Virus record (IMG/VR): IMGVR_UViG_3300031740_000001
Source: a virus
Lineage: Duplodnaviria > Heunggongvirae > Uroviricota > Caudoviricetes
DNA: 64,000 nucleotides
Reading direction: 5' to 3' (one strand)
Shown here: positions 33,676-43,137 of the stretch, piece by piece
Layout of the letters: every line of letters starts with the position of its first letter
Numbering within the stretch: the stretch's first letter is position 1
Position numbers and translations under genes: made by a program
Notes under the pieces: model-generated
Databases searched by the model: none
What the model was told of the DNA's origin: nothing
The model's input: the letters and a program-made list of their open reading frames with translations, nothing else

Positions 33676-34215
33676 ATGGGTCTTGACCACGGTTTGCGGT
33701 ACGGACAGCCTGCACCCAACGAGGACGGTGTTGACTGGAGCGATGACGCAGCGTCTCGGGCGTATTTCGAGGCGTACCGGACCTGGCGCGAGGCTGTCGA
33801 GATCATCGACTGGCGCAAGGAAAATCACATCCATGCCTGGTTTGTACACAATGTGCAGGCTGACGTGGATCAGTGCGAGGACGCGATCGTCTCGAAGGAG
33901 AAACTTGCGGAGTTCGTTCGCCTCTGTGAAGAGATGATTGCGGGCTGCGAGCTAGTCCCTGGTGACGTCTACAACGGAGAGACCTTTACACCTGCTACGG
34001 GGTGGGTCACGAACTATGAATCGGGCAACGTGCTCAGTGCAGACTCACAGGCGCTTTGCGAGCGTCTCATGCCCACGCAGAGCGGTTTTTTCTTCGGGAG
34101 TACTCAGTACAACGAGTGGTACCTGAAATCGCTCCAGAATGCCGTACAGGCCGTTAAACCGGTACTGGAGAAGATGGCAGACGACGACACCGTCATCTAC
34201 TGGTCCAGCTGGTGA
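33676..34215 (+). CDS. hypothetical protein
   Basis: 179 aa from ATG after a GAAAAGGAGAGCACC Shine-Dalgarno. Confidence 0.5.
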   Translation: MGLDHGLRYGQPAPNEDGVDWSDDAASRAYFEAYRTWREAVEIIDWRKENHIHAWFVHNVQADVDQCEDAIVSKEKLAEFVRLCEEMIAGCELVPGDVYNGETFTPATGWVTNYESGNVLSADSQALCERLMPTQSGFFFGSTQYNEWYLKSLQNAVQAVKPVLEKMADDDTVIYWSSW

Positions 34216-34295
34216 TTTTTGGCCGCGTGAACCGCGATGCTCACCGCCTCTATGGGAACTGGCCCGAGGCAACGAGCAGGGATGTGGGAGGCCAT

Positions 34296-34333
34296 AAGAA
34301 AGGGAGCCCGTTAACGGCGGGCTCCCTTTCTTA
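34296..34333. terminator. rho-independent (bidirectional) terminator
   Basis: AAGAAAGGGAGCCCG-TTAACGG-CGGGCTCCCTTTCTT. Confidence 0.6.
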
Positions 34334-34371
34334 TGCTATACTGGTGTTACGATAACGAAAAGGAGGAAGAA

Positions 34372-34737
34372 ATGGACATCGAAAGTACTCAGTGTCCTGA
34401 ATGCGGTCGACTCAATACACTTCGTATTGAAAATGTGTTAGACGCTAAGCCGATTGGCGATTTTTCGCTTGCAGGTGCAGCGATGAAGTTTTCAGCACGT
34501 AGCAGACCTAAACTAGTATGCGCGGAATGTCCATATCAGAACCTCGGCGAGTATGACGGCAGATACGCGGTTTTCCAGCCAGAGGTGAAGGAAGTTAGCT
34601 TTCCAGCGCCACTGCCGATCAAGGAATCACAGCACTGCACGTCCAAGGAGTGCCCTTATACGATCAGCCACACGGCAACTTGGTGCGGTTACGAACAGCC
34701 GCGTAGGTGCGGCTGTCCGTACTGCTACCCGAAGTAG
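34372..34737 (+). CDS. Cys-rich protein with multiple zinc-ribbon motifs
   Basis: CPECG...CAECPY...CTSKECPY...CGCPYCYPK. It is preceded by a GTGTTACGATAACGAAAAGGAGGAAGAA leader (cassette-like). Confidence 0.5.
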   Translation: MDIESTQCPECGRLNTLRIENVLDAKPIGDFSLAGAAMKFSARSRPKLVCAECPYQNLGEYDGRYAVFQPEVKEVSFPAPLPIKESQHCTSKECPYTISHTATWCGYEQPRRCGCPYCYPK

Positions 34738-34750
34738 GAGAAGGAGAAAC

Positions 34751-35051
34751 GATGTTAGTTGATCTACCAGAGAATTGGTCGAGTTGGGAGCCGGAAACTG
34801 AGGACTACTTCCGATCTCTTCGGCTGCTCACTTTGGGCGGAAGGATTGAGAACCCTGTCCGGCTCTCAAAAGGCGTCTATATGTCTCATTTCAACTTTGA
34901 TCATGAGATCGAGCATCTGACCTGGGACAAGGATCACTACGAGCTTGACTACGCTAGCGCGGTATGTCGGCTGTGGGTTCACGAGATATATGGAGGTGTT
35001 GAGGACGAGTATGAGGGGTGGATTTACCCTCAAATCGTTCAAAACGCCTAA
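34751..35051 (+). CDS. hypothetical protein
   Basis: 100 aa with a GAAGGAGAAACG-ATG leader. Confidence 0.5.
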
Positions 35052-35117
35052 GAGAACTACGGCGTCTGCGATCACTGGTCGCAGATCCTGGTCAAGTTTC
35101 CGCACATTCAGACCAGC

Positions 35118-35321
35118 ATGATCCCGTACCTGATTCGGGTTGCTCCGGTCCGTAAGGCTGAGCAGCCTGCGTATGGCGGCTGGCGCTGGCACAAGTGGGG
35201 TCCGTACATCGGAGCCTTCAAGGATCACGCCAAGCGTAGCGAATACCTTTATGACACGTTAGAAGTCGAAGAGGTCTTCGTTTACGAGGTGCACGAGATG
35301 CGGTACCCGTGGCCTAAGTGA
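35118..35321 (+). CDS. hypothetical protein
   Basis: 67 aa. Confidence 0.5.
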   Translation: MIPYLIRVAPVRKAEQPAYGGWRWHKWGPYIGAFKDHAKRSEYLYDTLEVEEVFVYEVHEMRYPWPK

Positions 35322-35399
35322 TCAAAGGGGGAGTTCGGATTTCCGGGCTCCCCTTCGTCGTGCTAGGATTAACGCAGGATCAAGAAAGGAGCAAGATAT

Positions 35400-36215
35400 A
35401 TGGGGCGCAGTATCGTGATAGTCCCCAATCAAGCGCATATCGAGGAAGAAATTTACGCGGGAGTGCAGCGTTTTCGCTGGAGTTGCCGCTGTAAGCTGGA
35501 TAAACCTTGGTCAATACGTGAAGGTACGCGTGATGCCTCGGCAGCTCTAGAAGCTTTTCGGCAGCACTGGGCCTCTGTGCACATTGGCTTCCGACCAGTG
35601 ATCGACTGGTACGGGGTTCATAAGAAAATTCCGTGGCTGATTACCGGTGATGAAGAGCATTCTGAGCTTGAGACTCTGCATAGGATTTATGGTGAGCATG
35701 CGACTGTTCGCGTCACCAATTTGAAAACAGGGGCATCGTCCACGGTTTCAGGTGCAGCAATGTCAATCAACATGGAAGAGGAGAAGGTAGGTATGTCCCG
35801 ATTCGAGGACATCCAGGCGCGCTTGCGCGAGCTGGAGAAGGAAGCGGCCAAGTACGCGCGCTTTGAGCGCGTGGACCCGTGGCCGAGCGGTACGGTCGTT
35901 GTCTATGACCAGGAATCGACCACCGGTGAGAAGTACACCTACGGCGTGCTCAAGTGCGCTAATGATAAGTGGTACTGGACCGGGCACGGCGTCTTCACGA
36001 AGTCTGGCGCGAGCTATGACCACCTGGTAGAGCACCTGGCGCATGATCGGACCAGCAACATCCGGGTTGCTGTGCCGGACGACTTCAAGCCGCTCTTCCC
36101 GGAGACGCTGGTTGAGGCTGTCGGCCCGGAGATCGCGGCCAAGGCTGAGCAGGGTCTGAAAGACATCGAAGACGGCAAGGGCGTTTACGCGGTCCGTCCG
36201 GGGAAGTCTGGCTAG
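35400..36215 (+). CDS. hypothetical protein
   Basis: 271 aa with an AAAGGAGCAAGATAT-ATG leader. Confidence 0.55.
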   Translation: MGRSIVIVPNQAHIEEEIYAGVQRFRWSCRCKLDKPWSIREGTRDASAALEAFRQHWASVHIGFRPVIDWYGVHKKIPWLITGDEEHSELETLHRIYGEHATVRVTNLKTGASSTVSGAAMSINMEEEKVGMSRFEDIQARLRELEKEAAKYARFERVDPWPSGTVVVYDQESTTGEKYTYGVLKCANDKWYWTGHGVFTKSGASYDHLVEHLAHDRTSNIRVAVPDDFKPLFPETLVEAVGPEIAAKAEQGLKDIEDGKGVYAVRPGKSG

Positions 36216-36228
36216 GTCCGGTGCTTCC

Positions 36229-36514
36229 GTGGAGATCAACTTCATAGAGGAAGCGGCCAAGGCGCTTGACGCACTTAGCGTTGAGCGCCTTGTTCGTTCA
36301 TCAGCACCCGGTGCTGTGCGCTGTAGGCCGTGCGACAAAAGGCTGTACACCTACACGCAGGCGCGTTTTGTGGTTATCCGTATGAGAATGAACGAAGAAA
36401 CGTATACGGAAGAGTATCCATGCGCTGAGCAGGAAGGAGAGCTTTTCCACATCACCAATATCGATAAACATCTTGAAAAAGCTAGGGTTAAGTACCCATG
36501 GGAGGTGAAAAGAC
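36229..36514 (+). CDS. hypothetical protein (extent uncertain). The frame stays open to 36981 but is probably not coding beyond about 36510.
   Basis: GTG start. It lies in a locally lower-GC region. GC3 is only moderate, so this should be treated with caution. Confidence 0.3.
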
Positions 36515-36781
36515 TTGAAAGGTCTAAAAAATACTTGGACGGACTTACAAGCCGTTCGTTTGTGGCTGGAGCATCACGAAATCTCGTGGTTGTGGATGGC
36601 CGTACTGGGGATAACACTTACCCCAAAGCTCTACGTCTTAAAATCAGGCGGGCACTGGTGGTTCCTGTGCAAGGCCTGCGCAAACCAAGACCGCACCTTG
36701 TGCGTCGCGGCCTCCGGCCATTCCGAAGCACTCCACGCCGCGATACTGCACGCTTTGATCTTCCACGGGGTGAGACTATGA
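36515..36781 (+). CDS. hypothetical protein (88 aa, TTG start)
   Basis: It is embedded in the +1 frame of the long 36229 ORF, but it has the higher GC3. A GGGAGGTGA Shine-Dalgarno precedes the TTG. Confidence 0.4.
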   Translation: MKGLKNTWTDLQAVRLWLEHHEISWLWMAVLGITLTPKLYVLKSGGHWWFLCKACANQDRTLCVAASGHSEALHAAILHALIFHGVRL

Positions 36782-36981
36782 CGAAGATGCTGAGCTGGGC
36801 GAACGGAAAGCACGTTGGCTTCAATCGGCGGTTGATTGGCTATCTGCAGCTTCAAGAGCTGAAGCGCGGGCGCTCCCACGCGATGCGCAGACGCAACCGG
36901 GCTCGGGAAGCCGAGGCGGTGCGTCAGGAGATTAGAGCGGAGGTGATCTACATGGGAGATGGAGGTGATTCTCGTGGGTGA
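36778..36981 (+). CDS. hypothetical basic protein (67 aa)
   Basis: ATGA overlap with the stop of the 36515 ORF. Translation: MTKMLSWANGKHVGFNRRLIGYLQLQELKRGRSH... Confidence 0.4.
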   Translation: MTKMLSWANGKHVGFNRRLIGYLQLQELKRGRSHAMRRRNRAREAEAVRQEIRAEVIYMGDGGDSRG

Positions 36982-37092
36982 GGACGGCGGCTAACTCAAC
37001 GCGCTGGCTGGGGAAACCTGGCCAGCGCGATTTTCGTAGTGTCGTGTATAATGGGGTTATTCGAATATACGAAAAAGGAAAGGATAAAGAAA

Positions 37093-37308
37093 ATGACCAA
37101 GATAGGGCGTGCACCAGGCTCTCCAATCCAGCTCAAGGATTCACGCGAGACACTATCGTCTCAAGAAATTCCCATGACGGTAAAGAAATCTGCTCAGCTG
37201 GTCGTGTGCGAATACGTCCAGGCCTGGCACGCAGGAGACTCCGAAGAGGATCGGATTGCAGTCGCTAACGAACTTCTTGAAATTCTCGGGCTGCTGGAGC
37301 GGCGGTGA
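37093..37308 (+). CDS. hypothetical protein (71 aa)
   Basis: GAAAGGATAAAGAAA-ATG leader. Confidence 0.45.
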   Translation: MTKIGRAPGSPIQLKDSRETLSSQEIPMTVKKSAQLVVCEYVQAWHAGDSEEDRIAVANELLEILGLLERR

Positions 37309-37577
37309 GCCGTCGCGGTCCTGGACCTCATACCGTGTGGGCTGGTGTCGTCATTAAATTGGATGACGGCACCACTCATGCAGTGGAATTTCGGGCCGGT
37401 CTGGATAATGTGGTGTTTGCTGATATCGTCCTGGCGCGGCGGATTGATACTCCCACGATCGTGAAAATCGAAGGGAAAGGCCGTTACTGGACCGAAGGTG
37501 CGAATATGGGGCCGGATGTGTTCAAACAAAAAGAATTGCCCGAAGGGCAAAAATCTATTGAAGGGAAAGTTTTATGA
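37305..37577 (+). CDS. hypothetical protein
   Basis: 90 aa with GTGA start coupling. Confidence 0.45.
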   Translation: MSRRGPGPHTVWAGVVIKLDDGTTHAVEFRAGLDNVVFADIVLARRIDTPTIVKIEGKGRYWTEGANMGPDVFKQKELPEGQKSIEGKVL

Positions 37578-37813
37578 AGCAGGCCGGTGGCTGTGAATCG
37601 CTGAACTGCATTCAGGTTGACGTGTACACGGGGGAATATCTGGCTGAGCCTGTGGTGCGTGTTCGCTCCACAGAAACTCATACGGTCATGCAGGCCAGGA
37701 TCTCGGAGTGGCGCATGTTCGTCGAACAGGTCAGAGCAGGCGACTGGAACCACGTGAGTACGGATTTCGAGTTCTTGCTTTCAGGAATTGCGGCGGTTTC
37801 CGGTGATAAGTAG
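37574..37813 (+). CDS. hypothetical protein
   Basis: 79 aa with ATGA coupling. Confidence 0.5.
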   Translation: MKQAGGCESLNCIQVDVYTGEYLAEPVVRVRSTETHTVMQARISEWRMFVEQVRAGDWNHVSTDFEFLLSGIAAVSGDK

Positions 37814-38108
37814 TAAAACCTATACGGAGTACGGCGTTTTCGAGGACGCGGACTTCTGGGAGCCTATCTTCGCTAGCGGCGAGCTTCCTGAGTCTATGCG
37901 CAACATCGTTGATGAGCCCAAGGATGGTAGTACCGGGCTCTCGCTATGGCGCAGTTACAAGTGGGCTGAGCTGCAGAACGGAGAGCGGGCCAAGGACGTT
38001 CTCAAGGTCGACAAATACGGCCTGATGATCGTTCAAAAGCGAGTAATCACCGAGAATCCGTGGACTCGTGTCACCATTGAAGAAATTGAGGCGGCAAGAC
38101 GATCATGA
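37788..38108 (+). CDS. hypothetical protein (a small terminase subunit candidate by position only)
   Basis: 106 aa, two genes upstream of the large terminase. No motif supports the call. Confidence 0.4.
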   Translation: MRRFPVISSKTYTEYGVFEDADFWEPIFASGELPESMRNIVDEPKDGSTGLSLWRSYKWAELQNGERAKDVLKVDKYGLMIVQKRVITENPWTRVTIEEIEAARRS

Positions 38109-38299
38109 AAAAGTTCTCGATCAAGCTAGATTCGTTCGTCGCGAGCGATGTTGCCGCGACAGGTGATTTGGCATCTTACGAACGTCGTGCGCATGACGGA
38201 CCCGTGGATTACGTGGTAAAGCGCGATGGAAAAGAAGTCCTTCGTGTCACGGCGAGCCACATTCTCTATGTGGAAATCGCTGAAGTGTCAACTATCTGA
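38105..38299 (+). CDS. hypothetical protein
   Basis: 64 aa with ATGA coupling. Confidence 0.45.
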   Translation: MKKFSIKLDSFVASDVAATGDLASYERRAHDGPVDYVVKRDGKEVLRVTASHILYVEIAEVSTI

Positions 38300-38367
38300 T
38301 CATGCCAACTTGACATCTGTGCTATCCTATTTATCAAATTTCGATTTGATAGATGGGAGTGAGTACT

Positions 38368-38562
38368 ATGTCAAGGAAAATGCAGCTCAAGGTGATGAGC
38401 GCGGGCGTGCTCGCTTTCATCGTCATCGGAGTGACTACGGTGGCCGTGGCGCTCGATCGTTGGGACATCTACACCCAGTACGACCAGACGATTTACTACG
38501 GCGCGGCCTTCGTGATCTTCGTGGTTGGCCAGCTGATGAGACGCCTTGTATCGCGGAAATGA
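38368..38562 (+). CDS. small membrane protein
   Basis: MSRKMQLKVMSAGVLAFIVIGVTTVAVAL... and a second hydrophobic helix. Confidence 0.45.
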   Translation: MSRKMQLKVMSAGVLAFIVIGVTTVAVALDRWDIYTQYDQTIYYGAAFVIFVVGQLMRRLVSRK

Positions 38563-38625
38563 TTCATTACCGTAAAGTGAGGGTTAGACCTGGTCTAGCC
38601 CTCATTTTCTATTACGGAGATAGCG

Positions 38626-40212
38626 TTGGCACGATCCCAGCTTGAAGCGTCGTCCATGGCCGGAAAGACCAGGGCGCAGATTTTCGCTGAGCGGGCCACC
38701 CCACCGGAGATGCGCTGGCGCAGGGATCCTGTCGCGTGGGCCGAGGAAAGGGCAGGGCTGGAGCTGTGGAGCAAGCAGAAAGAGATTCTTCGCTCATTGG
38801 TGGACAATCGGAACACAGCGGTCAAGAGCTGCCACAGTGCGGGGAAGAGCTTCATATCTTCCGTGGCTACGTGCTGGTGGCTGGACGTTCATTTGCCTGG
38901 TACAGCACGTGTGGTTACGACTGCGCCCACGTCGGCCCAGGTAGATGCCGTTTTGTGGTACGAGATCAACAAAATGCACCGAAAGCTGGGGCTGCAGGGT
39001 CAATGCAATCTTCGTGAGTGGTACATCGGATCTCAGCTGGTCGCGCTCGGCCGAAAGCCTCCGGACCACCAGCAAGCCGCTTTCCAGGGGCTGCACGCTG
39101 AGTTTCTGCTGGTCGTTTATGATGAGGCGTACGGAATCCCGCGTAATCTCTGGACAGAGGGCAGCTCACTGGCGTCAAACGCCAAGGCACGTCAGCTTGC
39201 AATCGGCAACCCGGACGGGCCAGGGGCATTTCAGGAGAACTGCGGCGATGGCGGATGGAATGTCATCCACATCAGCTACCGGAACACGCCCAACTTCACT
39301 GGTGAGACAATTTCGCTGGAGTTGTCCGACATGCTCATTCACCCGGATTGGGTTGATGAGCGGAGGAAAAAATGGGGCGAATCGAGCGCTCTCTTCGTCA
39401 GCAAGTGCGAAGGGGACTTCCCTGCTGTAGGTGGTGACCCCTGGCAAGTCATTCCGCGTGCGTGGCTGGACCAGTGCCTGTTTCTCGACTACCCAGCAGG
39501 TCAGCAGCCAATTGAGGCCGGAATTGACGTCGGCAAGACGCATGACCGGACCGTGGTTACGGTGCGCGAAGGCAAGAAAATCACTCATATCGAAACCTTC
39601 GTCAATCCCGACCCGATGCAGACGGTTGCCCAGCTCGCGAACGTTTTGCGTGATCATAACGTTCAAACCGCCAAGGTGGATAGCATCGGCATCGGGTGGG
39701 GCATCTACGGGCGCTTGCGCGAGCTGTCCAGCGTGGACAATACGACGTCAGCCTTCACCACGCACAGCGCGAATGTGGTGCCGATCAACGTCTCGCTTAG
39801 CCCGACCTACGGCAATGAGCACCTCTACTACAACCGGCGATCGGAAATGTGGTGGCTTGGCCGCGAACTGTCCCGCGTCAAGGCGTGGGACTTGTCCGCC
39901 TTGCCGATGGACCAGCAGACCGACTTGCTGCATGAGCTGACCATGGCGCGGTTTGAGATCGTGGACAGCCAGGGCAAGGTGAAGGTCGAGAGCAATGAGC
40001 TGATCATCAAGCGCCTCGGCAACTCACCCGACATCGCGACAGCCGCATTGCTGGCGTTCGTGCCTGCAAGCTGGGCTGGCGACACGTCTACGTCTACAAT
40101 GCTGGAGACGCCTTCCTTGATCGGGTCGTTCAGCGCGTTCGATGCGATGGTTCCGGCCAGTGGAGCGATGGGCGGGCTCGGCATCGGGGGGAGCAAGGCG
40201 TGGTACGAGTGA
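38626..40212 (+). CDS. terminase large subunit
   Basis: 528 aa. An N-terminal ATPase-like segment (VKSCHSAGKSF..., Walker-A-like, and LLVVYDEAYGIP, Walker-B-like) plus an acidic C-terminal nuclease-like region. It is located upstream of the portal and capsid module. The TTG start has a GGAGA Shine-Dalgarno. Confidence 0.65.
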   Translation: MARSQLEASSMAGKTRAQIFAERATPPEMRWRRDPVAWAEERAGLELWSKQKEILRSLVDNRNTAVKSCHSAGKSFISSVATCWWLDVHLPGTARVVTTAPTSAQVDAVLWYEINKMHRKLGLQGQCNLREWYIGSQLVALGRKPPDHQQAAFQGLHAEFLLVVYDEAYGIPRNLWTEGSSLASNAKARQLAIGNPDGPGAFQENCGDGGWNVIHISYRNTPNFTGETISLELSDMLIHPDWVDERRKKWGESSALFVSKCEGDFPAVGGDPWQVIPRAWLDQCLFLDYPAGQQPIEAGIDVGKTHDRTVVTVREGKKITHIETFVNPDPMQTVAQLANVLRDHNVQTAKVDSIGIGWGIYGRLRELSSVDNTTSAFTTHSANVVPINVSLSPTYGNEHLYYNRRSEMWWLGRELSRVKAWDLSALPMDQQTDLLHELTMARFEIVDSQGKVKVESNELIIKRLGNSPDIATAALLAFVPASWAGDTSTSTMLETPSLIGSFSAFDAMVPASGAMGGLGIGGSKAWYE

Positions 40213-40279
40213 TTCAGGAAACTCTGAACAACCGCAGGTGAGTTCAGGTTTGTGCCAAGTTTCCTGAATTCCTTGCAAT

Positions 40280-40327
40280 CTTCGTTATGGTGATGTAGAG
40301 TAGAGATTAGACGAAGGGAGAACGGCA
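40280..40327 (+). promoter_or_regulatory. conserved promoter/leader cassette, copy 5
   Basis: GTTATGGTGATGTAGAGTAGAGATTAGACGAAGGGAGAACGGCA-ATG. Confidence 0.5.
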
Positions 40328-40507
40328 ATGAGGCTTCAAACGCTAAGGGTGAACTGCGACGACTACTGCAGCGATTGCGGAAGGTGTCACGACTTCGCAT
40401 CTCGCGCGATCAACTGGGGCGAGATCGCTCCGAAGTGCCAGATTGGTAGTCTTGACGACAACGATCTCATGGTCGAGTGCCAAGGCGGACACAGCGACTA
40501 TGATTAG
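40328..40507 (+). CDS. Cys-rich small protein (59 aa)
   Basis: MRLQTLRVNCDDYCSDCGRCHDF...CQIGSLDDNDLMVECQGGH. Confidence 0.45.
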   Translation: MRLQTLRVNCDDYCSDCGRCHDFASRAINWGEIAPKCQIGSLDDNDLMVECQGGHSDYD

Positions 40508-40547
40508 CAGCGAGTTTCTTTCATGGTGATGGGGGTTTGACATTCCC

Positions 40548-40594
40548 ATCACGGTGATGTAGACTTTAGGCAGACGAGGAAGAGGGGGAAGAAA
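40548..40594 (+). promoter_or_regulatory. conserved promoter/leader cassette, copy 6
   Basis: CACGGTGATGTAGACTTTAGGCAGACGAGGAAGAGGGGGAAGAAA-ATG. Confidence 0.5.
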
Positions 40595-40735
40595 ATGACA
40601 ACTCGATGGGATGTCGTCATCTGGATGTGGGAGCACCCCTGGTCAATCGCACTTAACGCGCTGATCTGGTTCGGAGCTACCATATGGCTCTACTTTTCAG
40701 GGAAAAAGCGGTTCAATCGCAGGAACGGACGCTGA
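40595..40735 (+). CDS. membrane peptide (46 aa)
   Basis: MTTRWDVVIWMWEHPWSIALNALIWFGATIWLYFSGKKRFNRRNGR. Confidence 0.4.
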   Translation: MTTRWDVVIWMWEHPWSIALNALIWFGATIWLYFSGKKRFNRRNGR

Positions 40736-40806
40736 GCAGCTTCAGGACGAGCCCAGAAATGGGCTCGGCTGTGGAAGTTCAGATGACAAGGAAAAGGAGC
40801 AAGAAA

Positions 40807-41223
40807 ATGCCGTACACAGGATACTCCAGCTATCTGACCAGCGCTTTCGAGACTACTGAGGAAATGGTCTCCAAGGCAAAAAATGTTCTTGATGGTGTCG
40901 ATTTCGATACCATGGTTGGTACTGGACTTTCTGGCGGGCTCGTGGTTCCGTTGCTCGCACGGATGCTCGATAAGAAATTTGCATTGATCCGTAAGTCTGG
41001 CGACAGCAGCCACCGAGAGCGTGAGGTGGAAGGTAGCGTGGGGGAGCGATGGATCTTTGTGGACGACTTCGTTTCCACTGGTGCGACGCTCGAAAGAGTG
41101 CAACTGACAATGAAGGACGTTCAGAAGGGTCAGCCTTACGGTTGGGAAGCGTTCACCACGGAGTACGCAGGCACCTATCAGTACGCGCGATCCAATTTTG
41201 TCCGTCCTGGTTGTCAGTTCTAG
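40807..41223 (+). CDS. phosphoribosyltransferase (PRT type I)-like protein
   Basis: It has the PRPP-binding signature IFVDDFVSTGATLERV (hydrophobic-DD-x-x-TG-x-T). An AAGGAGCAAGAAA-ATG leader precedes it. Confidence 0.5.
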   Translation: MPYTGYSSYLTSAFETTEEMVSKAKNVLDGVDFDTMVGTGLSGGLVVPLLARMLDKKFALIRKSGDSSHREREVEGSVGERWIFVDDFVSTGATLERVQLTMKDVQKGQPYGWEAFTTEYAGTYQYARSNFVRPGCQF

Positions 41224-41259
41224 TCTTCATTATCGAGACGAGGTTGATTTGACAATCTC

Positions 41260-41306
41260 GTCTCGGTAATGTAAACTTGAATCAAGCGAAGAGAAGGAGC
41301 AAGAAA
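41260..41306 (+). promoter_or_regulatory. conserved promoter/leader cassette, copy 7
   Basis: CTCGGTAATGTAAACTTGAATCAAGCGAAGAGAAGGAGCAAGAAA-ATG. Confidence 0.5.
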
Positions 41307-41507
41307 ATGGACATCAAGTACCCGAACGTCACGGTTAAGCTGGTCGGTACAGACGGCAATGCGTTCGCTCTTATGACGCTGGTGCGCAAAGCTATTGCGA
41401 GTGAGGTCAGCTACGAAGCAGCTAACGATTACGCCGAGGAAGCGATCAACGCGGAATCGTATGATGCTTTCCTCGCGCTGAACATGCGCACCGTGAACGT
41501 GATCTGA
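41307..41507 (+). CDS. hypothetical protein
   Basis: 66 aa. Confidence 0.5.
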   Translation: MDIKYPNVTVKLVGTDGNAFALMTLVRKAIASEVSYEAANDYAEEAINAESYDAFLALNMRTVNVI

Positions 41508-41519
41508 AAGGAAAAAGAA

Positions 41520-41747
41520 ATGGTTGAACTAGTCAGGTTCGGAGCGTACGAAGTCGAGGTCAAGGAGCTTCTGGGAGGCGTTCAGGCGATTTTCCAGTTT
41601 GAAAATGGCTACGGCGCTTCAGTCGTTCAGAGCAGACTGTCCTACGGCGGTGATAGCGGTCTCTGGGAGCTAGCAGTGTTGAAGTGGGACGGCGGAAAAT
41701 CGTCGCTCTGCTACAGCACGGAGATCGCGAATGACGTGATCGGCTAG
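41520..41747 (+). CDS. hypothetical protein
   Basis: 75 aa with a GAAAGGAAAAAGAA-ATG leader. Confidence 0.5.
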   Translation: MVELVRFGAYEVEVKELLGGVQAIFQFENGYGASVVQSRLSYGGDSGLWELAVLKWDGGKSSLCYSTEIANDVIG

Positions 41748-41975
41748 CAGACTCCACAGCAAATCGATGCGCTTCTGCAGCGTATCCAGGCACTATAAGG
41801 CCGAAACCGATCGCCGGGAGGCAGAGCGGTCTACGGGTAAAGCCCGTGCTGACGATGGCCAAACATCGAAAGGAATTACTATCGAAGGATGTGCTAAAAT
41901 GGAAAACGGTTTTGATACCGACCCCGAGTTCGTGATCATCTCAATGCCCCCTGTCAAGAAAAACGAAGACAAGGA

Positions 41976-42149
41976 GAAGGTAGCGGATGGGGAAAAGCAA
42001 AAAGCCACCGAACATCGGGAAAGTGATCAAGGCCGATGACGGCTACGGCATCATCGGCAAGATAGGCCGGAAGTTGTTCGGCCGAAAGACCGGCTGGGAC
42101 GACCCAGGCCAATACAACGGCCCGCGTACGGACCGGCGAGGCAAGGGAC
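41976..42149 (+). CDS. small basic protein (57 aa)
   Basis: CAAGGAGAAGGTAGCGG-ATG Shine-Dalgarno. Translation: MGKSKKPPNIGKVIKADDGYGIIGKIGRKLFGRKTGWDDPGQYNGPRTDRRGKGQNN. It overlaps an alternative ORF at 41767-42039. Confidence 0.35.
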
Positions 42150-42440
42150 AAAACAACTGAACAAAAGCCCGGGTGCGAGCGTTCAACGATCTCCCCCGGG
42201 CCTTATACAACTCGATAAGATGGATTCCCGAGCTTTAAGGATCCTGATGGGACGCTGAAAGCCGCGTAGTCTTGGCCCGAGCTGCGCGTGAGAAGACACA
42301 AGGGACGCTGAGCGCGAGTTCCAACCTTGTGCGAGGACGCGGAACACGGCATGTTGGATGCCGATCGGGCCTTCAAACTTGCTTCACACGGGAAACCGTG
42401 TTACGATAAAGGAAGAAGAAAACGACACGAGGAGGAAGCC

Positions 42441-42605
42441 ATGAACGAGGTTTCTCGCACCGCAAACCAAGGCGAACTGGAGCGTTGTGCAGATGGCTGT
42501 GGCCAGGTTGTGGCTGCTACCCTGATGATGCCCGTGATGGTGGACGGCAAGGAGATCGTGACCTGCCTGTTCTGCCACGTTGAGGCCAAGCGGATCTTCA
42601 TGTGA
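42441..42605 (+). CDS. zinc-ribbon small protein (54 aa)
   Basis: CADGCGQ...CLFCH motif. A GTGTTACGATAAAGGAAGAAGAAAACGACACGAGGAGGAAGCC-ATG cassette-like leader precedes it. Confidence 0.45.
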   Translation: MNEVSRTANQGELERCADGCGQVVAATLMMPVMVDGKEIVTCLFCHVEAKRIFM

Positions 42606-43084
42606 TCGAGGAATGGGAGAACGAAGCAATGGAAAATCTCTCAATCGCGGATTACGCCACGGGGACTCTGTTCCCCGTGCGTAACGTCTGTGGAGATTCA
42701 CGCTGCATGGTTGACCACGGAAGGTCGATTCTGCAGCTGCGCTGGTACTACAGCGAGCCGACTACGGTGTTTGCGCTGGCTGGCGAGGATGCGGAGACAA
42801 GCACGCCGCAGGATTTCATCGTAGGCAGAGAACTACTGCTCACAGCCCTTCGATCAGGTACTGGAACTGGATTTCCGGTCGTGGGCGAAGGCAACGTGAT
42901 GTGTCAGGTGATCAAGAACAATCGGAGCGCAATTGCGATCGGGTTCAACGAGGGTTTCATCATCCTTGCCGACCGAAACGCTCTCACGGAGTGGTTGATG
43001 GGCACTTATGTCCACGTTCCGCCTGACAAAGAAGAGGCCATCCTCGACCTGGACCGCGTGATCGCTGAACTGCTCTACAGGTAA
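42602..43084 (+). CDS. hypothetical protein
   Basis: 160 aa with ATGA coupling. Confidence 0.5.
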   Translation: MIEEWENEAMENLSIADYATGTLFPVRNVCGDSRCMVDHGRSILQLRWYYSEPTTVFALAGEDAETSTPQDFIVGRELLLTALRSGTGTGFPVVGEGNVMCQVIKNNRSAIAIGFNEGFIILADRNALTEWLMGTYVHVPPDKEEAILDLDRVIAELLYR

Positions 43085-43103
43085 ACATCACGATAAAAGA
43101 GAA

Positions 43104-43137
43104 CCGCTCATCCCGAAAACGGGGTGGGCGGTTTTTC
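43104..43137 (+). terminator. rho-independent terminator
   Basis: CCGCTCATCCC-GAAAAC-GGGGTGGGCGG, followed by TTTTTCTG. Confidence 0.55.

Noticed and set aside
36229-36981. Single 250-aa protein
   Set aside because: GC3 collapses in the middle. A better-supported nested ORF and an ATGA-coupled downstream start indicate at least two or three separate genes.
41767-42039. 90-aa ORF overlapping the 41976 small basic protein gene
   Set aside because: Its N-terminal half has no SD and is Arg-rich. The downstream ATG at 41976 has a strong AAGGAGAAGG SD. Both are retained only as low-confidence alternatives.
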